The notes under the pieces are model-generated. The model worked only from the letters and a program-made list of their open reading frames with translations, had not been told where the DNA came from and searched no databases. A stretch of DNA of 37,697 nucleotides from Candidatus Saccharimonadales bacterium (GTDB lineage Bacteria; Patescibacteriota; Saccharimonadia; Saccharimonadales; UBA4665), in the NCBI GenBank assembly GCA_049661165.1, contig JBASZU010000087.1:1-37697 (forward strand). Direction: 5' to 3'. The position numbers were made by a program, and so were the translations under genes. Within the stretch, counting starts at the first letter, position 1, and each line of letters starts with the position of its first letter. Positions 7,675 through 16,529 of the stretch are shown piece after piece.

Positions 7675-10600
7675 ATGCACATGTTCTATACGAACAAAAC
7701 AAAAACCATCCGCACAAATACCAAATACAAACCTCTAACAATTATCAAAACAGGCATAATCGCAGTCACCCTACTTTGTACGGGTCTACTTGTGTCAAAT
7801 AATCAGCCGCCGGCGTATGCGGCCGAGTTGTGTTACAAAGACGCTCAGGGAGCCAATGACGAACCTAATCAGAAAGATTTGACCAGAGCTTGCTACGAAA
7901 AGACCGGTCTACCAGATTATATTACGGTTAAATGGCAGTGGGATGAGCTTGCAACGTCGGGCAATAACAGCATGGACGGATGTGCGCTCTTTGACACAGA
8001 CGGCGATGGTCTCGTTAACTATGCAGCTTGCGTAACCACGAAAAATGAGGGTACAAATAAAGACGAACACGCAGTGTTCGACGCCCTCACGATGTATTCG
8101 TGCGGTGATAATACGGTAGACAGATGTTCCCAGCCTCTACAGGTCATCCCGAATGGATTGAATACCTGTACTGTTACCCAGCAGTCGAGTGATCCTTTCC
8201 CTATCGGAAGTGAAAACCCGATAGACACGGTCGCAAGCTGCACTATATACCTCAGCACTATTGGTTCCGGCGCGGCTCAGCTTATCGACGCCTGCTCCTA
8301 CCCATCACAACAGCCAAATTCTGACCCTTCAGACTGTGTTCTTATAGACAAAGGACTGGCCAAGCTCTCCGTCGTAAAATCTTTGGTACCTGCTACCGAC
8401 TCTGGTACGTTCAACCTTCAGGTAAATGGCACAACAAAAGCTACCGGAGGTAATCTTACGGACACCGGTACGATAGTGGTTGATGCTGGCGCAAACTTGG
8501 TTGGTGAAACAGCAGCATCTGGCGCGCTGAGTGACTACACGACGGCAATTGAATGCCGTGATCTACACGGCACGGGTGCGGTCGTAGGGAGCAGCACAGG
8601 TGGTACGCTGCTAAATGTAACGGTTGCTGAAAACGCTGACATTCTCTGCACCATAACAAATACGCGCAAAGCCGGACAAATAACGGTTGTCAAAGAAGTG
8701 ACCAATGACAATGGAGGCACGAAAAAAGTTGCAGATTTCCCACTATTTATTAACGGCACCTCCACTACAAGTGGTGTCGCCAAGACACTTTCACCTGGGA
8801 CATATACTGTTTCAGAAACAAACCAGGCAGGTTATCACCAGAAATCGCTGACATGTGTTGATAGTTCAACTGGTCAGGCCGTAGCTCATCCGGTAGAACT
8901 GGGGGATGACCAGAACGTGACATGTACCATTGTGAACGACGACAGGCCAGCTACGTTGACCGTCGTTAAAACATTTGCCAATCAGTACGGCGGCACAACG
9001 AACCCGGCTGACTTCAGCTTTACAATAAACAGCGGCGCACAGACAGCTTTTGAGGCAGACGGTAGTAACCAGCTATCGGTCAATGCAGATACATACAATG
9101 TTGCCGAGACTCCAAAAGGCGGCTTCGCGGCGCCAAGTTACAGTGGGTGTAGCGGTATTGTCCTCTCTGTTGGCGGTAGTGCTACCTGTACTATAACCAA
9201 CAGCGACCTCCCGGCAACTCTTATTGTTAAAAAAATTGTCATCAATGACGATGGCGGTACGGCCACAGCCGATGATTTTTCGTTCCAGGTAAACGATGCG
9301 AGTGCTGTGAAGTTCGAAAAAGACGGCCAAAATGATCTCTTGCTGGCTTCCGGCACATATGGAGTTGTCGAAGCAGACGCTCCGGGATATGCAACTACCT
9401 ACAATAACTGCCAAGAACTAGTAATCGCCAATGGTCAAACACAGACGTGTACCATTACAAACAACGATATCGCACCGACACTGACGCTCGTGAAAGCTGT
9501 AACAAACGATGATGGCGGTACGGCTACTGCTACCAACTGGACGCTAACAGCTCAGTCTACTGATGCCACGCTTCCTGTGCCTAGCGGCAAGACAGGCGAG
9601 GCTGCAGTTACCAATGTAGTGGTCAAGGCCGGCGTGGCTTACGCACTTTCTGAGGCGGATGGGCCGACCGGTTATGCGAGCGAGGGGTGGCAATGTACTG
9701 CTGGAATCATGAAAGACGGCGCCGTAACACTTGCGCTCGCTCAGAATGCTACCTGTACTATTACCAACAACGATATCGCACCGAAACTGACGGTGCGCAA
9801 AGTCACGGAGCCAGCTAGTTCAACGCAGGCATTTTCGTTTGTTGTTACGAACCTCGTAGGTGATACTCCATTTGCGCTCGATACAAACGCCGATACCGTT
9901 ACGCCGAACGAACGCACGTTTACGGCTCTGAGGGCAGGGACAACAACTATTTCTGAGCAAAGTACAGAGGGCTGGGTGCTTGCAGCCGCCAGCTGTGATA
10001 CTGCCAGGGCAGAACTGAACGGCAGCACCTTACAGCTTGAACTTAGTCCTGGCCAAGACGTGACGTGTACATTTACAAACAGCCAACTTGGTAGTGTGGA
10101 GGTAACGAAATTCCGCGATACGAACGAAAATGGCATACTCGATGATACGGAAGAGTTGCTGCCAGACTGGGAGATGAACCTCTCAGAGTCCTGTGAAGGT
10201 GCAGAGTGCGAAGCTTTCACATCGAAAGTCACCAACCAAGATGGTGTGGCCATATTTGAAGGTGTCAGTAGCGGCTCCTATGTATTGAGCGAGACACTCC
10301 AGGATGGTTGGCTGCAAACAGGAATGTACTGTGGTGAACCGGGCGAAACCCCGATAAATACCAATAACCTATCGCTTCGCCTTGGCGCTGGCGCTACACA
10401 ACGCTGCTACGTGGGTAATACCCAGCCGCTTCGTTTGCTGCTTGCCAAAACCAATAACGCATCCTCGGTAAAACAGGTGGGCGACACCGTACTGTACACA
10501 CTGGTTGTGACAAACCCTGAAGACAGCGGCTACGCGAGCGATGCCACGGTGACCGATACTCCTCCTGAGGGCTTCAAATATGTTCTGGGTAGTTGGACAG

Positions 10601-12000
10601 CAGCGTCAAATATACGCGGCGACTTGAAAACAGGAGGGGTTACGACAGAGCCAACATATGCTAGCCCTGGTGACTGGAACCTTGGGGATATGTTGCCGGG
10701 TGAAATCGTGACACTAACGTATTTGACTAAAATAATCGCCGCGAGCGATGGAATATATCCCGACAGCGCCTTTGCATCGGCAGGGTCTGTCCTGGGTGCG
10801 TCTACGGTGTTTTCTAACTTGTCGCTAACGCCAGACAACCCATTTGTCGGGACGCAGGTGACGGTAGATTCACCGCTAGTACCTGGTCCGGTGCAGCGAG
10901 CAGGGGTTGTGTTGGGTGCATCGACCACGTTGCAAAATACAGGAGAGAAGATTATCTCGAGTCTGCTGTTTGCGCTTGGTATCATTGCCGTATCGGTGAT
11001 TGTCTTTGCACGAAAAAAGAAAAGAACTTTAGCATACAACGGAATTCGTACGAGCGCTTTACTACTAGTGTTTGGTCTGGTGCTGTTTGCGGGTGGTACC
11101 GCGCAGGCTGCAACCTACTGGACGACAAATATATCGACACCTGAGGCTCAGACGACCACAGGAGTGTTCGGCATAGATTTTCAAGTGTTGAGTACGACTC
11201 CCAGCGACACGTTTACGGTGCAGCTTTACCAGAATGGCATTGTCATAGCGACCCAAAATATCGCAACAGACAATGGTGACTCGGGTTCATTCCCTATCTC
11301 GCTTACCAGCGACGGCACATACAACTATTTCACCAAAACGCAACACGGCAGCGATGTATCAGATGTGAAAACATCGCCAACACTTACCGTTCAGTTTGAT
11401 AGAACGGCTCCGGCTGCCCCAACTCAGGTGACTAAGACCACAACGACCGGTGGTTACGTCCTGAACTTCCTCGTCCCCGGCGGTACGGAATCGTCCCAGG
11501 TGCAAGTGTTTGCTTCGAGCTCCACAACATTTATTGCTGATGCAAGCACACTTGTGCGCACTATGGCAGCAACGCCAGGCGTGGTTCAGTCAACTGCACT
11601 TGGAGTGAGTGACGGCCAGCCGCGGTATTTTGCGGTACGGACTGTTGACGCTTTCGGCAATACTTCTGCGCTGGTCACAGAGTCGCCTCAAGTCCAGGCA
11701 GCAGCGACTACTACTACGACAGGAGCTGTGCAGGGGGCGTCTACCGCACTCTCGGCCTCGGCAGCGCAGGGTGCCGTAAATGGGGCGAACACGACTTTAG
11801 ATGCAGATAAGACACTACAAACTCAGAATACAACCTCAGCTAGTAACGGCGAGGTTCTTGGGCTAGAGACAGAATCGAAAACAACGCCAGCGGCCAAGCA
11901 GAACGCAACGAATGGCAGAGGTCTCATATGGGTTGTAGCACTCGGTGTTCCCGCAATTATCGCTGCGGTACTACTGTTGACCCGCAAAAAGACATCCTAG
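7675..12000 (+). CDS. Giant cell-surface protein with tandem beta-sandwich repeats, DUF11-like region and Ig/FN3-like C-terminal module
   Basis: 1,441 aa from ATG 7675, with GAGGGAG 7 nt upstream; the track start 7657 is TTG. There is an N-terminal signal peptide (...PPAYA-AE). The module ...TCTITN-D-(A)PTLTVVK..NDDGGT...DFSF... recurs repeatedly, followed by VGDTVLYTLVVTN (DUF11-like). It has an internal and a C-terminal TM plus basic tail. Confidence 0.85.
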   Translation: MHMFYTNKTKTIRTNTKYKPLTIIKTGIIAVTLLCTGLLVSNNQPPAYAAELCYKDAQGANDEPNQKDLTRACYEKTGLPDYITVKWQWDELATSGNNSMDGCALFDTDGDGLVNYAACVTTKNEGTNKDEHAVFDALTMYSCGDNTVDRCSQPLQVIPNGLNTCTVTQQSSDPFPIGSENPIDTVASCTIYLSTIGSGAAQLIDACSYPSQQPNSDPSDCVLIDKGLAKLSVVKSLVPATDSGTFNLQVNGTTKATGGNLTDTGTIVVDAGANLVGETAASGALSDYTTAIECRDLHGTGAVVGSSTGGTLLNVTVAENADILCTITNTRKAGQITVVKEVTNDNGGTKKVADFPLFINGTSTTSGVAKTLSPGTYTVSETNQAGYHQKSLTCVDSSTGQAVAHPVELGDDQNVTCTIVNDDRPATLTVVKTFANQYGGTTNPADFSFTINSGAQTAFEADGSNQLSVNADTYNVAETPKGGFAAPSYSGCSGIVLSVGGSATCTITNSDLPATLIVKKIVINDDGGTATADDFSFQVNDASAVKFEKDGQNDLLLASGTYGVVEADAPGYATTYNNCQELVIANGQTQTCTITNNDIAPTLTLVKAVTNDDGGTATATNWTLTAQSTDATLPVPSGKTGEAAVTNVVVKAGVAYALSEADGPTGYASEGWQCTAGIMKDGAVTLALAQNATCTITNNDIAPKLTVRKVTEPASSTQAFSFVVTNLVGDTPFALDTNADTVTPNERTFTALRAGTTTISEQSTEGWVLAAASCDTARAELNGSTLQLELSPGQDVTCTFTNSQLGSVEVTKFRDTNENGILDDTEELLPDWEMNLSESCEGAECEAFTSKVTNQDGVAIFEGVSSGSYVLSETLQDGWLQTGMYCGEPGETPINTNNLSLRLGAGATQRCYVGNTQPLRLLLAKTNNASSVKQVGDTVLYTLVVTNPEDSGYASDATVTDTPPEGFKYVLGSWTAASNIRGDLKTGGVTTEPTYASPGDWNLGDMLPGEIVTLTYLTKIIAASDGIYPDSAFASAGSVLGASTVFSNLSLTPDNPFVGTQVTVDSPLVPGPVQRAGVVLGASTTLQNTGEKIISSLLFALGIIAVSVIVFARKKKRTLAYNGIRTSALLLVFGLVLFAGGTAQAATYWTTNISTPEAQTTTGVFGIDFQVLSTTPSDTFTVQLYQNGIVIATQNIATDNGDSGSFPISLTSDGTYNYFTKTQHGSDVSDVKTSPTLTVQFDRTAPAAPTQVTKTTTTGGYVLNFLVPGGTESSQVQVFASSSTTFIADASTLVRTMAATPGVVQSTALGVSDGQPRYFAVRTVDAFGNTSALVTESPQVQAAATTTTTGAVQGASTALSASAAQGAVNGANTTLDADKTLQTQNTTSASNGEVLGLETESKTTPAAKQNATNGRGLIWVVALGVPAIIAAVLLLTRKKTS
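8671..10080 (+). repeat. Five tandem ~88-100-aa domain repeats inside the surface protein gene
   Basis: Module boundaries are marked by CTITN/CTIVN/CTFTN followed by xTLTVVK-type strands. Modules 4 and 5 share a 19-nt exact DNA repeat, aacaacgatatcgcaccga, at 9460-9478 and 9766-9784. Confidence 0.8.
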
Positions 12001-12002
12001 CA

Positions 12003-12260
12003 CTACTGAACCCGGAAAATTAACCGTTTTTCGGTGCTGGCGGCTTTCTGCAAAGCCCGCGAGTTCAGACGTAATGTACCTATAAGGGCGGCGCTGCGTC
12101 CGCTTACGGCGATATTTCTTTGTGAAACGGTTACCGTAACCTCATGGTCATAGTGTCGCCGGACGTATTCTTTTATAGCCTGCGCTTCGGGGGGAATATC
12201 AAAATCCTTGTTGCTGAGTATATCTGCAAGACCGTCCATAGAGCTATAAGTATCTGGCAT
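12003..12260 (-). CDS. Small DUF721/DciA-like protein (tentative)
   Basis: 85 aa. The C-terminal half VTVTVSQRNIAVSGRSAALIGTLRLNSRALQKA...LIFRV resembles DUF721-family proteins. It is convergent with the surface protein gene, with stops 2 nt apart. Confidence 0.5.
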   Translation of the reverse strand: MPDTYSSMDGLADILSNKDFDIPPEAQAIKEYVRRHYDHEVTVTVSQRNIAVSGRSAALIGTLRLNSRALQKAASTEKRLIFRVQ

Positions 12261-12307
12261 TAATGATTAAGTATCAAGTACGGCAAGGTTGCCTGCAATA
12301 TTCTAAT

Positions 12308-12475
12308 CCCTGAATCACGAAACTCTATCCCTGTCATTCCGAGCGAAGTCGAGGAATCTTCTTGTTGTATCATGGAACAAACAGGCGAGAAGAAGGTCTT
12401 TCGACTTCGTCCGCTAGCCAGCGGACTTCGCTCAAGATGACGTCATCACGGTTTTGTTTGGTTTCGTGATTCAGG
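12308..12475 (+). mobile_element. MITE-like palindromic element, copy A
   Basis: 15-nt terminal inverted repeat: cctgaatcacgaaac (12309-12323) and gtttcgtgattcagg (12461-12475). It is flanked by the direct repeat TTCTAAT (12301-12307 and 12476-12482). Internal nested palindromes include gtcattccgagcgaagtc / gacttcgctcaagatgac and gtccgct-agcc-agcggac. No ORF. Confidence 0.7.
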
Positions 12476-12544
12476 TTCTAATAACTTTACCGTACGTCTG
12501 GGTTATTGGAATATCTTGAGGTTGGGGAGGTGTACAATGGGAGC

Positions 12545-13528
12545 ATGCCAGAGCTACCAGAGGTAGAAACCATACGCCGCGGGCTTACGACACTGCTTGT
12601 CGGAAAGAACGTATGTGGCGTCCATAATTACGGGAGTCTGAAAAGTTTTCCGAACGCACCAGCGGATGTTAAGCAGTTTCTGGTGGGGGCAACAGTCTCG
12701 CGAGTGTGGCGAAGGGCAAAGATGTTGTTCATCGAGCTTTCAAGTGGTTATACGCTAGCGTGCCATTTGAAAATGACAGGGCAGATTGTAGTGATACAAA
12801 AAAATCCTAAACTCGAAAAGCGAAACTCGAAACAAATTCAAAGTGCAGAAGCAAAAAATACTAAACATTTAGAATTTAGATATTCGAATTTAGGGCTTCT
12901 CGCTGGAAGCGGGCGGTGGGGAGCGGGGCATCCAAACGATAGTTTTGTGCGGGAACTGCCAGACAACACTACCAGAGAACACATTGACTTCACTGACGGT
13001 ACTCGCATGTATTTTAACGACCTTCGCAAATTTGGTTGGATGAAGTTATGCCCAGCGCTGGAAGTGCCAAACATGGATTTTATGAGAAAAGTTGGGCCAG
13101 AACCGCTAGAAAGTTCATTTACGGGTGAGGTTTTGTATGAGCGTTTGCAGCGGCGAAAAAATACGTCGATTAAAGCAGCTATTCTTGACCAGACCGTCTT
13201 GGCTGGGGTTGGGAATATTTACGCAGATGAGTCACTGTGGGCGGCGAAGATACACCCAAAAACACTCGTTAAAAACGTGTCGGCAGCAAGTATCAACCGT
13301 CTTGCATCTGAAATCAAAGCCGTTATGAATCTATCCATAGAAAAAGGCGGTAGTACCGACAAAAACTATGTGAATGCCGAAGGCAAAAAGGGGAGTTACC
13401 TGAGCTTTGCAAATGTCTTTCGCCGAGACGGCCAACCCTGCCCCCGCTGTGGCACAACCATCACCAAAATCCGCGTCGCCGCCCGCGGCACCCACATATG
13501 CGAAATGTGCCAGATAATTGACAAATAA
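12545..13528 (+). CDS. mutM: Formamidopyrimidine-DNA glycosylase (Fpg/MutM)
   Basis: It starts MPELPEVETIRRGL (the catalytic Pro2 requires ATG 12545, not the TTG at 12506). It has the H2TH region ...LDQTVLAGVGNIYADESLW... and the C-terminal zinc finger CPRCGTTITKIRVAARGTHICEMC. It contains an extra Lys/Glu-rich insertion. Confidence 0.9.
   Translation: MPELPEVETIRRGLTTLLVGKNVCGVHNYGSLKSFPNAPADVKQFLVGATVSRVWRRAKMLFIELSSGYTLACHLKMTGQIVVIQKNPKLEKRNSKQIQSAEAKNTKHLEFRYSNLGLLAGSGRWGAGHPNDSFVRELPDNTTREHIDFTDGTRMYFNDLRKFGWMKLCPALEVPNMDFMRKVGPEPLESSFTGEVLYERLQRRKNTSIKAAILDQTVLAGVGNIYADESLWAAKIHPKTLVKNVSAASINRLASEIKAVMNLSIEKGGSTDKNYVNAEGKKGSYLSFANVFRRDGQPCPRCGTTITKIRVAARGTHICEMCQIIDK
12803..12897 (+). 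repeat. In-frame palindromic repeat insertion within mutM
   Basis: cctaaactcgaa (12806-12817) pairs 11/12 with ttcgaatttagg (12884-12895). It shares aatcctaaac (12803-12812) and tttagaatttag (12868-12879), in the same order, with the rpsO-pnp intergenic region (27438-27447 and 27516-27527). Confidence 0.55.
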
Positions 13529-13546
13529 GCACAAGCATGCTACCAT
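13518..13546 (+). promoter_or_regulatory. Promoter for the lipoprotein gene
   Basis: TTGACA (13518-13523, inside the mutM 3' end), 17-nt spacer, then TGcTACCAT (13538-13546). ATG 13580 lies about 26 nt downstream of the expected transcription start. Confidence 0.45.
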
Positions 13547-13579
13547 GTATTTAGTATAACCTAATCAAATACAAATCAT

Positions 13580-15664
13580 ATGTCAGAAAATTCAAACCCA
13601 ATTCCCTTCGCGCTTCGTGCTGTTGCGGCCGCTGCTAGCTTGGGAATACTTCTTAGCGGCTGCTCAGAATCTGGCTCAGCTAATCAGGGTCAACGCCCGG
13701 CTCTGGGGGGGGTGGTTGCAGAGGATGGTCGGGCAGCCCCAACAGACATGCTAGCAAATCAGATTGCGTTGCTACAGTCAGCAAGAGCAGAAGCACTTAA
13801 GCCAGGGGCAAACCTTGACCTATTGGAGCAGAAAGTTAAAGCTTTGCCGTTGGGTGCATCTGCTTTGCAAGCGACCATGCAGTTTAGGCGCGCAGAAGAG
13901 ATTATGCCAATACCTGGGTCTACAACGGGTAAAATTGCAGTTACACCAGAAAATTACCAAAAAGCAGTCAACCAGATTGCCGACCCAAATGTCCGGAACG
14001 CATATCAGGGCATCTTCAAGAGCGGCATACTGAAGCATGTGCTCGATGGTGTTCGATATAACGACATGGAACAGGATGAAGCTCGTGGCTTACTGGATGC
14101 GGTCGAGCCTGGTCTATCAGCAAAACACTCCGATACGCTTGATGAACTAGATGTTTCATATGCGGTTATATTTGGCCACTACGACCCAAAGACGATATTG
14201 GGTGATATTGGTGATGTTCGCAATGCGAGTCTAAAGCAAAAGGCTACACTGTACGCAAATACACCACCTTCTTCTAGAAAAAGCTGGAAGTATTACGAAG
14301 AACTCACAAAAAGGGGTGATGTTGCGAGTACGATTGCCGACCAAGCGAGTGATTCGTACTACACCGAAGCTTCCGAAGAGGAACAGCGCATCAAATCAGG
14401 TGGTCTGGTCGATGCAGCAGTGAGGGATGCACTCGTCAAGCACAATGCTATAGCAAGCCCTGCGGCTACGGTGATATTGCCGCCACTGCAAAATCCTGCA
14501 AAGAACATCGATCTGAGGGATGTTAGAGGGCCAAAGGCTTACTATGCGTTGGGTGAAAAACAAAGTGAGCCGTTACATCAGTTTGCAGAAGTGTACGTAA
14601 AAGACGGGAAAGTTACCCTACATTTTGAAGATGGAAGTAATGTTGGCGCTGAATCGGCTGCGCAGCTACAGCGTATTGTCGATGATGTCACGCCACTTAT
14701 GACCAATGCATTTGCCGCAGGTGATTTGTTGAGCGTGCGCTTCATAATCGGGAAGGAGTACAACCCATACTTTACTAGCAGAGAGAAAGAAGTACATATG
14801 CTTCTTGCAGACAATGACCCGCTGAGCGAAGAGCAGCTGCGCCAAGGGCTTGTGCATGAAGTAACTCATGCCATGGTCGATGCGGCATTTGGAGAGGTAG
14901 TGATTAGCAAAGAAGAAGCAGGCTTGGTAAAGAACGCATGTAAATTGCTATCAGACGAAACATATAAACAGTATCAGCAGGCACTGCAACTTGACGCTGG
15001 CGCGCTTCAACGTCTCATAGACAAATCTGACGGAGATGCTAAGAAAGTATTCGCTAAACTTCAGGAACTTGTTGCGAGCGGAACACTTACGACTATCACT
15101 GTTGATGGCATGGCGAAAGGTGCGCCGACCGAACGAGATATAAACTGGACAGACTGTAACGATGCTAATTTTGCCAGCCTCCTGGTGAATGTTGGATATG
15201 CCGCCGAGGTGACCGGTTCGAGCAAAGTGTACGACCGGATAAAAGCGCAGTTTGCCCCCGCACTAAATGATCCGGTCACTGCCGCCAATAGCACAACGGC
15301 CTCGCAAACTACGGCTAAAAACGACACTGACTTTATGAAGATTCTAGATGGTTGGACGAATGTTATACACAAAGAATCATTGTTTAAAAAGCTCAATGAA
15401 TCTTCTTTCTCTCGCACAGAATCTTGGGTCAAAGAGTACCTTGGACACTCGCGTGATAATGCTCATGAACTCATGGCTACGGTTGTAGATGTATCACTCA
15501 GCAATCCGCGAGAACTCGTTGCATTGATAAGGGCGCTTGGAGCTGATGAACGTAAAGCAGTTATCGCGGCAATTAATGCAAGTTACTTCGTCATTACCAA
15601 GATGCATCCAAATATTGGCTCAAGTCTCACTGCTTGGAAAAAACAGTTTACAAGTATAGCATAA
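13580..15664 (+). CDS. Lipoprotein with HExxH zinc-metallopeptidase motif
   Basis: 694 aa. Signal peptide with lipobox LLSG-C (Cys28). LVHEVTHAM is at codons 14855-14869. No family recognised beyond the motif. Confidence 0.6.
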   Translation: MSENSNPIPFALRAVAAAASLGILLSGCSESGSANQGQRPALGGVVAEDGRAAPTDMLANQIALLQSARAEALKPGANLDLLEQKVKALPLGASALQATMQFRRAEEIMPIPGSTTGKIAVTPENYQKAVNQIADPNVRNAYQGIFKSGILKHVLDGVRYNDMEQDEARGLLDAVEPGLSAKHSDTLDELDVSYAVIFGHYDPKTILGDIGDVRNASLKQKATLYANTPPSSRKSWKYYEELTKRGDVASTIADQASDSYYTEASEEEQRIKSGGLVDAAVRDALVKHNAIASPAATVILPPLQNPAKNIDLRDVRGPKAYYALGEKQSEPLHQFAEVYVKDGKVTLHFEDGSNVGAESAAQLQRIVDDVTPLMTNAFAAGDLLSVRFIIGKEYNPYFTSREKEVHMLLADNDPLSEEQLRQGLVHEVTHAMVDAAFGEVVISKEEAGLVKNACKLLSDETYKQYQQALQLDAGALQRLIDKSDGDAKKVFAKLQELVASGTLTTITVDGMAKGAPTERDINWTDCNDANFASLLVNVGYAAEVTGSSKVYDRIKAQFAPALNDPVTAANSTTASQTTAKNDTDFMKILDGWTNVIHKESLFKKLNESSFSRTESWVKEYLGHSRDNAHELMATVVDVSLSNPRELVALIRALGADERKAVIAAINASYFVITKMHPNIGSSLTAWKKQFTSIA

Positions 15665-15698
15665 GCATTGTCTTGCTGGTTGGAAATATGGGAGTAAT

Positions 15699-15860
15699 AC
15701 GTGAATCACGAAACTAAAAAACACCGTAACCTGTCATCTTGAGAGAAGTCCGCTGGCTAGCGGACGAAGTCGAAAGATATCCCCCCTAAAGCTACAGGTA
15801 AAATAAGGAGATTCCTCGACTTCGCTCGGAATGACAGGGACAGAGTTTCGTGATTCACGT
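15699..15860 (-). mobile_element. MITE-like palindromic element, copy B (inverted relative to copy A)
   Basis: 17-nt terminal inverted repeat: acgtgaatcacgaaact (15699-15715) and its complement (15844-15860). It is flanked by the direct repeat AGTAAT (15693-15698 and 15861-15866). Its reverse complement aligns to copy A over the first ~55 nt and last ~75 nt with only a few mismatches; only the central loop differs. Confidence 0.7.
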
Positions 15861-15869
15861 AGTAATACC

Positions 15870-15899
15870 TTGACAATGAAGTAATACTTTTAGTATAGT
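15870..15899 (+). promoter_or_regulatory. Promoter of the second AbrB/PIN operon
   Basis: TTGACA (15870-15875), 18-nt spacer, then TATAGT (15894-15899). ATG 15907 is 7 nt downstream with no SD. Confidence 0.5.
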
Positions 15900-15906
15900 G
15901 GTAGGT

Positions 15907-16146
15907 ATGATGTATTCGAACACACTCACGAGTAAAGGTCAGGTGACCATACCGAAAGAGTTTCGGGACATGCTGGGGCTTCGACCGGGGCAGCAGGTGC
16001 GGTTTACGAAAACTGACTCTGCTACCATATCGATTTCTCGGCCGCTAACAGCTGCTGAACTTCGCGCGAAGATTGGTCCGCCTAGTGGCAACCAGCCTTT
16101 GACCGATAAAGAAAGGCAGCGGTTACGAGCAAGAGGCCTGCTGTAG
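15907..16146 (+). CDS. vapB: AbrB/MazE/SpoVT-family antitoxin (VapB-like)
   Basis: TSKGQVTIPKEFRDMLGLRPGQQVRF is the SpoVT/AbrB signature. It is a paralog of the gene at 471-746. Confidence 0.85.
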   Translation: MMYSNTLTSKGQVTIPKEFRDMLGLRPGQQVRFTKTDSATISISRPLTAAELRAKIGPPSGNQPLTDKERQRLRARGLL

Positions 16147-16529
16147 TGGTTCTGGTAGATGCAAATCATATTTTACGCTGGTTTTTGCAAGATGTACCAG
16201 CTCAGGCGTCTCAGGTAGAGGAGTTGCTCCGGTCGTCGGCGCCAAATAGCTTAGAACTGACATCAGTCACGGTTGCAGAACTGACGTATGTCTTGCGGAC
16301 AATGACGTACGACCATATGCAGATAGTAGGTGTTATAACTGGGTTATGTTCGCTTGAGTCAGTCAGACAGCTTTCGATGGTTGACGCGAAGGCACTACAG
16401 ATTTTTAACGCCACAACACTGGATTACGAGGACTGTTTTCTTATAGCTCAAGCCCTACTAGAAAACGGCGACATTGCTACATTCGATAAAAAACTTCTGA
16501 AAACGCTTGAAAAGCTACAGCTTCCGTAG
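16146..16529 (+). CDS. vapC: PIN-domain toxin (VapC-like)
   Basis: 127 aa. The GTG start shares its G with the antitoxin TAG. VDANHILRWFLQDVP parallels LDANFLLRWLLGDVP of the gene at 748-1140. The C-terminal TFDKKL is conserved. Confidence 0.8.
   Translation: MVLVDANHILRWFLQDVPAQASQVEELLRSSAPNSLELTSVTVAELTYVLRTMTYDHMQIVGVITGLCSLESVRQLSMVDAKALQIFNATTLDYEDCFLIAQALLENGDIATFDKKLLKTLEKLQLP

Noticed and set aside
11011-11025. A-rich tract cgaaaaaagaaaaga as a programmed frameshift or slippage site separating two surface-protein genes.
   Set aside because: The zero frame continues without a stop into a plausible signal peptide, so no shift is needed. The neighbouring frames were not checked for a better continuation.
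12476-15698. Reading the MITE-flanked mutM-lipoprotein segment as a functional composite transposon.
   Set aside because: There is no transposase between or next to the copies, and each copy has its own separate short flanking duplication. That argues for two independent insertions into intergenic DNA. The arrangement is still reported as a finding.
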